The notes under the pieces: model-generated
Database searches by the model: none
The model's input: only the letters and a program-made list of their open reading frames with translations
What the model was told of the DNA's origin: nothing
Origin: Candidatus Dormiibacterota bacterium
Lineage (GTDB): Bacteria; Chloroflexota; Dormibacteria; Aeolococcales; Aeolococcaceae
Direction of reading: 5' to 3'
Length of the DNA stretch: 64,000 bases
Assembly: GCA_003142035.1 (NCBI GenBank)
Contig: PLOF01000050.1
Location: 191 to 64,190 of the forward strand
Made by a program: the position numbers and the translations under genes
Shown: piece by piece, positions 59,636 to 64,000 of the stretch
How the letters are laid out: every line of letters starts with the position of its first letter
Numbering within the stretch: position 1 is the stretch's first letter

Positions 59636-60409
59636 ATGCCGGATTTCCACGCCTGGCTGGCCGCCGTGCGCAGCTCGCACGACCGGCTGAGGTCGCTGAC
59701 CGGCGGCCTGGGGCCGGACGAGGTCACGGCGCGGTCGTACGCCAAGGAGTGGACTCTCGCCCAAGTGCTCTCGCACCTCGGCAGTCAGGCAGAGCTCTTC
59801 TGGCTGCTCCTCGACGCCGGCCTCTCCGGCGGAGCCGCGCCGGGTCGGGAGACGATGCTGCCGATCTGGCAGAGATGGGATGCCCTGCCGCCCCGGGCCC
59901 AGGTCGCCACGAGCCTCGATGCCAACGAGCGCCTGGTGCGCCGCTTCGAGACGCTCGATGCGGCCCAGATCGGTGCCCTTCAGGTTTCCTTCTTCGGCCG
60001 GGACCTCGACTTCGCGGGGGTGCTGCGCATGCGCCTCTCCGAGCACGCGGTGCACACCTGGGACGTGGCCGTCGCCCTCGAACCGGCCGCCCGCGTCGCC
60101 GGCGACGCGGTGGCGCTCCTCGTCGACCAACTCCCGGAGATGGTCGCCCGGGTCGGCAAGCCCTCCGCGCAGCCGGCGACGCTCTTGGTGTCGACGACCG
60201 ATCCCGAGCGCCGCTTCACGCTCGCCACCGGCGGTGTCCGCCTCGAACCGCGGACCGACCCGGCGACGGACGGCTCGCTCCACCTGCCGGCGGAGGCGCT
60301 CCTCCGGTTGGTGTACGGGCGGCTCGACCCGGCCCACACCCCGCCGCTGCGACTCGACTCCCCCACCGTCACCCTGGACGATCTGCGGAGCGTCTTCCCC
60401 GGTTTCTGA
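59636..60409 (+). CDS. DinB-like / maleylpyruvate isomerase N-terminal domain (mycothiol-dependent enzyme family) protein
   Basis: N-terminal DinB-type helices with W.L.QVL.HL, and C-terminal ..LRLVYGR.. typical of the actinobacterial TIGR03083-like family (recalled from memory). Confidence 0.7.
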   Translation: MPDFHAWLAAVRSSHDRLRSLTGGLGPDEVTARSYAKEWTLAQVLSHLGSQAELFWLLLDAGLSGGAAPGRETMLPIWQRWDALPPRAQVATSLDANERLVRRFETLDAAQIGALQVSFFGRDLDFAGVLRMRLSEHAVHTWDVAVALEPAARVAGDAVALLVDQLPEMVARVGKPSAQPATLLVSTTDPERRFTLATGGVRLEPRTDPATDGSLHLPAEALLRLVYGRLDPAHTPPLRLDSPTVTLDDLRSVFPGF

Positions 60410-60462
60410 CCCGCCGCGCGGTTCAGGGCCACGCGCTGCCGAGAGTGAGAGACTTCCACCTC

Positions 60463-61380
60463 GTGCGGTTCGGAGTGCTGATCCTCCCGGCAGAGAGTTG
60501 GGGAGAGCAGAGTCAGACGTGGAGGTACGCGGAGGCTCTCGGCTTTGACCATGCCTGGACCTTCGACCATCTGGCGTGGCGATCATTCCGGGACTCCCCC
60601 TGGTTCGGGGCGGTGCCGACCCTGGCCGCTGCAGCCGCGGTCACGTCGAAGATCCGCCTCGGAACGCTCGTCGCGTCACCGAACTTTCGCCACCCGGTGC
60701 CCTTCGCCCGAGAGCTGATGACGCTCGACCACATCTCCGCGGGCCGGTTCACCCTGGGGATCGGAGCGGGTGGGAGCGGCTTCGACGCCACCACCACGCG
60801 GCGCGAGCCCTGGAGCCGCCGCGAGCGCGCGGATCGTTTCGAGGAGTTCGTGACCCTCCTCGACGAGCTGCTCACCGAGCCGGTCACGACCCACGACGGC
60901 CGCCACTACCAGGCATTCGGCGCCCGCATGCACCCCGGCTGCGTGCAGCGTCCCCGCCTGCCCTTCGCGGTCGCGGCGGGAGGCCCCCGGGGCATGCGAC
61001 TGGCGGCGCGCTTCGGCAGCACCTGGGTAACCGAGGGCCCACTCGCGCCGGACGGCAGCGCGCTTGGCGTCGCGGGCGCCCTGCCCGGCCTCGCCGCCGA
61101 GATGGAGCGCATCGATGCCGCCTGCGCCGAGGTGGGCCGCGATCCCGCGACCCTGGGACGCCTCCTCTACGTCGGGACGCGGATCTCCGGGGTCACCGCT
61201 TCGCCGGAGGCATTCCGGGACGCAACCGGCCGTTTCGAGGAGCTCGGTGTCACCGACCTCGTCGTCCACTGGCCGCGGCCGGTCGCCCCCTTCGCCGGGG
61301 ATCTCGGCACCCTCGAGCTGATCGCGGCTGAGGTGCGGGCACGAAGAGGTGGAAGCGAGGGGAAGGCGGAATCCCCCTGA
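60463..61380 (+). CDS. Luciferase-like monooxygenase (LLM class, possibly F420-dependent) oxidoreductase
   Basis: VRFGVLILP..FDHAWTFDHL..LGTLV..LDHISAGRFTLGIGAG. The start is GTG 60463 or 60445. The long upstream part of ORF 59749.. is out-of-frame overlap with the previous gene. Confidence 0.82.
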   Translation: MRFGVLILPAESWGEQSQTWRYAEALGFDHAWTFDHLAWRSFRDSPWFGAVPTLAAAAAVTSKIRLGTLVASPNFRHPVPFARELMTLDHISAGRFTLGIGAGGSGFDATTTRREPWSRRERADRFEEFVTLLDELLTEPVTTHDGRHYQAFGARMHPGCVQRPRLPFAVAAGGPRGMRLAARFGSTWVTEGPLAPDGSALGVAGALPGLAAEMERIDAACAEVGRDPATLGRLLYVGTRISGVTASPEAFRDATGRFEELGVTDLVVHWPRPVAPFAGDLGTLELIAAEVRARRGGSEGKAESP

Positions 61381-61480
61381 ACCGGGCCGGCCATGGCACG
61401 AGGAGGCTGGCCGGACGCGGACGATCGCGACTCCCCTCCCCCGCCAGGCGCGTCTCAGCCGCGGCGGAGGCGCCGTCCCA

Positions 61481-63094
61481 TCACTGCCAGCCGCCGACGT
61501 TCCAGCCGAGCGTGTACACGGCCGGCGAGCTGGGGCCGCTCGTCCAGCCCCCGTGCGTGCCGGCCACCTCGTAGTAGTAGGTGCTCGGAGCGACGGCGAT
61601 CGCGTACGGAGCGCTACCGCCCGCCATCCCGACGGTCCGGGTCACGGTGTAGCTGCTGGTGGCGATGACGCTCACGCTGGGGTCGTAGAAGTTGGCCACG
61701 TACACCGCCGCGCCGTTCGGGGTCACCGCCATCCCGGTCGGGTCGCCGGTCTGGCCGACCGCTGTGGTGGAGGCGGCGAGAGTGTCGGTGCTCACGTCGA
61801 TCAGGTCCACCTTGTTGTTGTCGTAGTCGTTGACGTAGAGCTGACAACCGTTGGGGGTCAGAGCCAGGGCGTTGGGCGCAGCGGGGCCGAGAACGCCACC
61901 GGGTGGCAACGCGAAGGTCGTTGCCACCGCGTCGTTGCTGGTGGTGATGTCCTCCACCGACCCGCCCAACCCATCCCCGAAGCTGGCCACGTAGACCTTG
62001 GCACCGTTCGGGGTTACCGCCAGGATGTTGGGATCTCCACCGTTGGGCACGTAGCCGTCGCTGTCGGTCAGGCTGGGCACCTTGATGGTCGCGCTCACGG
62101 TGTCGCTGGAGGTGGTGATGTCGTCGATCTGGCTGTTGCCCTCGTCCGCCACGTAGACGTGAGCGGAGTTGGGGGTCACCGCCAGCGCGATGGGGATTCC
62201 AGTGGTGCCTCCGACCGCGATGGTGGTGACGGCGTCAGTGGAGGTGTCGATCGCGCTCACCTGGTGGGAGCCATAGTCGGCGACAAAGACCTGCACCCCG
62301 TTGGGCGTCACCACCGCCGCGCTGGGGTCGCCCTGGGCCCCCACCGTGATCGCGCCTCCCAGGGTGGCAGTGGCCAGCCTGAGGGGATAGACCAGATCGT
62401 TGGCCGCGTCCACGATCCAGGCGGTGCTGCCGTCCGGGCTCACCGCCACGGCCACCGGCGTGGAGGCCGTGCCGTTCACCGTGGGGATGGCCACCGTGCT
62501 CTCAACCGCGCCAGTTGTGGTGGAGATGATCTGCACCTGGTGCGCCGCGCCCTCCGCGGCGATCAGCTTGGTTCCGTCCGGGGTCACCTGCAGTGCGTTC
62601 GGCTCCTTCCCCACAGCTCCGCCGAGATTCACCGTCGCGGTGGCGTAGGTCGAGGTGTCGATGCTCAGGGCGTTGCTCCCACTACCCGAGGCAACGAAGG
62701 CAAGCGGGGCCGCTGCACCGGACGGGCTGGTGTCCGTGTACGTCGTCGAGGGAGGGCTTCCGGTCACCGTCCCCGCCGAGCTGTAGGGGCCCGAGGAGCT
62801 GGGGGAGCGCAGAACGCTGTAGCCGGCGACCAGATAGTTGCCGCTCGCGTCGAGGGCCGAGGAGCCGGTCCAGCTGCTGGCGACATTGGTCTGGGTCGGG
62901 CTGCCGGAGCAACCGCCATTGCTGACCGCGAGGCCAGCCGGGATCGGGAGCGTCCCCGTCTGGAAGCTCCCCGGCCCGGCTGTGGTCGAATCGGTGAACA
63001 TCGCGAAGGCGCCCCCGCACTGTCCGAGCGCGAGGACCGCCACGCCCGCGGCCAGCAGCCAGCCTCTCCGCCGGTTGCCGACGAAAGGAATCAT
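61481..63094 (-). CDS. YVTN-type beta-propeller repeat protein with a TasA/SipW-type signal peptide and FN3-like end domains
   Basis: N-terminus RRRGWLLAAGVAVLALGQCGGAFAMFTDSTTAGPGSFQTGTL. It has 7-8 repeats of the form ..P.G(V/I)AVTP(D/N)G..(V/L)YV(A/T)... ATGA overlap with the upstream peptidase gene. Confidence 0.85.
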   Translation of the reverse strand: MIPFVGNRRRGWLLAAGVAVLALGQCGGAFAMFTDSTTAGPGSFQTGTLPIPAGLAVSNGGCSGSPTQTNVASSWTGSSALDASGNYLVAGYSVLRSPSSSGPYSSAGTVTGSPPSTTYTDTSPSGAAAPLAFVASGSGSNALSIDTSTYATATVNLGGAVGKEPNALQVTPDGTKLIAAEGAAHQVQIISTTTGAVESTVAIPTVNGTASTPVAVAVSPDGSTAWIVDAANDLVYPLRLATATLGGAITVGAQGDPSAAVVTPNGVQVFVADYGSHQVSAIDTSTDAVTTIAVGGTTGIPIALAVTPNSAHVYVADEGNSQIDDITTSSDTVSATIKVPSLTDSDGYVPNGGDPNILAVTPNGAKVYVASFGDGLGGSVEDITTSNDAVATTFALPPGGVLGPAAPNALALTPNGCQLYVNDYDNNKVDLIDVSTDTLAASTTAVGQTGDPTGMAVTPNGAAVYVANFYDPSVSVIATSSYTVTRTVGMAGGSAPYAIAVAPSTYYYEVAGTHGGWTSGPSSPAVYTLGWNVGGWQ

Positions 63095-63768
63095 CTCGGC
63101 TCCGCGCGCCAGACGCGTCTGAGCACTTCCCCGACCACGATCCCGATGACGAGGAGCAACGCCAGGAGGTGGATCCACGGGTAGGTGACCCAGATGGCGA
63201 CGTAGCCCGCGGAGGGGAGCACCCAGCTCACCCTCCAGGCCGAGGTGCCCTCGAGCACGGCCGTCCACTGGTCGGGAGCGTTGTTGTCGTCACCCTGGGT
63301 TCGGATCTCCACCTTCTTGCCGTCATGGACCACCTGGATGATCCGGTGGACCACCACGATGCTCGGATCGTAGGGGGGGTGGAAGGCGAGCACCTGGCCG
63401 GCGGAGACCTCGGAGTCCGGCTCGGAGACAGCGAGGATGACGTCCCCTGGCCGCAGCGTGGGCGCCATCGACCCGCTCAGCACGACGTCGAGGCGACACC
63501 AGTTCACGGCCGTGCCCACGATCGCCAGCACGACCAGGCTCGCACCGACCAACAGCAGAGCCCCGCCGGCGCGCTGCAGCCGTGACCGGAGGTACCCGGC
63601 ACCCTTCGCGATCCGGGAGGTCACGGTGGATGGGACGGCGGGGCTGCGCTGGCTGGATCGGGGGATCGCGGGACCCATGGAGGGCCCCGAGGCCGTGGGC
63701 GCAGCCACGACGACCGTCGGGTTCTGCCCCGACATCTCGTCCCTCTCGGGCGGCGCCTCAGACTTCAT
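63091..63768 (-). CDS. SipW-type (S26B) signal peptidase I, copy 2
   Basis: VVLSGSMAPTLRPGD, VVHRIIQ, TQGDDNNAPDQW, and a C-terminal TM. ATG 63768 follows GAGG. The ORF extends to 63810 but that part lies inside a hairpin. Confidence 0.82.
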   Translation of the reverse strand: MKSEAPPERDEMSGQNPTVVVAAPTASGPSMGPAIPRSSQRSPAVPSTVTSRIAKGAGYLRSRLQRAGGALLLVGASLVVLAIVGTAVNWCRLDVVLSGSMAPTLRPGDVILAVSEPDSEVSAGQVLAFHPPYDPSIVVVHRIIQVVHDGKKVEIRTQGDDNNAPDQWTAVLEGTSAWRVSWVLPSAGYVAIWVTYPWIHLLALLLVIGIVVGEVLRRVWRAEPR

Positions 63769-63791
63769 GACGTTCCAACCTCTGGAAGCGC

Positions 63792-63824
63792 GTTGAGGGG
63801 AGCGGTACAACCGCTCCCCTCAAC
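63792..63824 (-). terminator. 14-bp perfect hairpin between the TasA-like gene and sipW-2 (terminator or attenuator candidate)
   Basis: gttgaggggagcgg-tacaa-ccgctcccctcaac. No U-tract on the minus strand. Confidence 0.5.
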
Positions 63825-63841
63825 GATCCGTTCTGCCTCGA

Positions 63842-64000
63842 TTACTTGTTGGTACCGGCCCGCTGAGTTGCGGTGAAGTGGTAGGTGAGCGTCGAGGAGC
63901 ACCCCTCGAGGTTCTCGGCCGACGCCGAGGTGCTACCGGCCGTGCCGCTGCACGCTCCCAGGAGGGTGAGGTTGCCGGGAGCCCCCGACGGGAAGGTGAA
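63842..64000 (-). CDS. TasA/camelysin-like protein, C-terminal fragment (5' end outside the window)
   Basis: Manual translation of the minus strand gives ..FTFPSGAPGNLTLLGACSGTAGSTSASAENLEGCSSTLTYHFTATQRAGTNK*. The C..TLTYHFTATQ ending matches the C-termini of the three paralogs at 35863-38162. Confidence 0.6.
   Translation of the reverse strand, partial: FTFPSGAPGNLTLLGACSGTAGSTSASAENLEGCSSTLTYHFTATQRAGTNK

Noticed and set aside
57635-60586. 983-aa minus-strand ORF spanning the MMPL 3' end, the MFS and DinB-like genes and the LLM gene 5' end
   Set aside because: Antisense to clearly coding plus-strand genes (MFS signature motifs). The composition is Arg/Gly/Asp/Pro-rich junk.

Overview
High-GC (roughly 68-70%) chromosomal window, probably from an actinobacterium-like monoderm. 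Support for that: a beta-prime insertion at the actinobacterial site, an MMPL transporter, a DinB/mycothiol-type enzyme and an LLM-type enzyme. The window opens with the 3' end of rpoB plus rpoC on the + strand. About 47 kb later it carries rpmG-tRNA(Trp)-secE-nusG-rplK-rplA on the - strand. Between them is a dense block of surface-fibre and signalling genes. (1) A fragmented Tad/Flp pilus gene set: two CpaF/TadA ATPases, CpaB, TadB, TadC, one Flp pilin and three TadZ/CpaE-like REC-MinD ATPases. I saw no secretin, prepilin peptidase or pseudopilins. (2) Two SipW-type (ER/archaeal-type) signal peptidase modules. Their apparent cargo proteins carry TasA-like signal peptides: three tandem TasA/camelysin-like paralogs, a partial fourth at the window edge, and a YVTN beta-propeller protein. 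(3) An orphan cluster of ParA, a ParB-like protein, a coiled-coil protein, a second ParA-like protein and a DUF4388-like protein. (4) c-di-GMP enzymes (REC-EAL and PAS-degenerate GGDEF-EAL), several histidine kinases and eight receiver domains. (5) A CAP-domain protein, MacB-type ABC exporter and lipoprotein operon. After the ribosomal genes comes a marR-MMPL-MFS efflux cluster. I saw no CRISPR array, rRNA, transposase or integrase. Many long ORFs in the track are antisense or out-of-frame shadow ORFs typical of high-GC DNA. Gene starts were trimmed using SD-like sequences, third-position GC shifts and 4-nt start/stop overlaps. The most interesting signals are the TasA/SipW-Tad composite locus, the TadZ-like gene placed directly behind rplA, and the Par-like cluster next to a pilus ATPase. 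All functional links are inference from sequence only.
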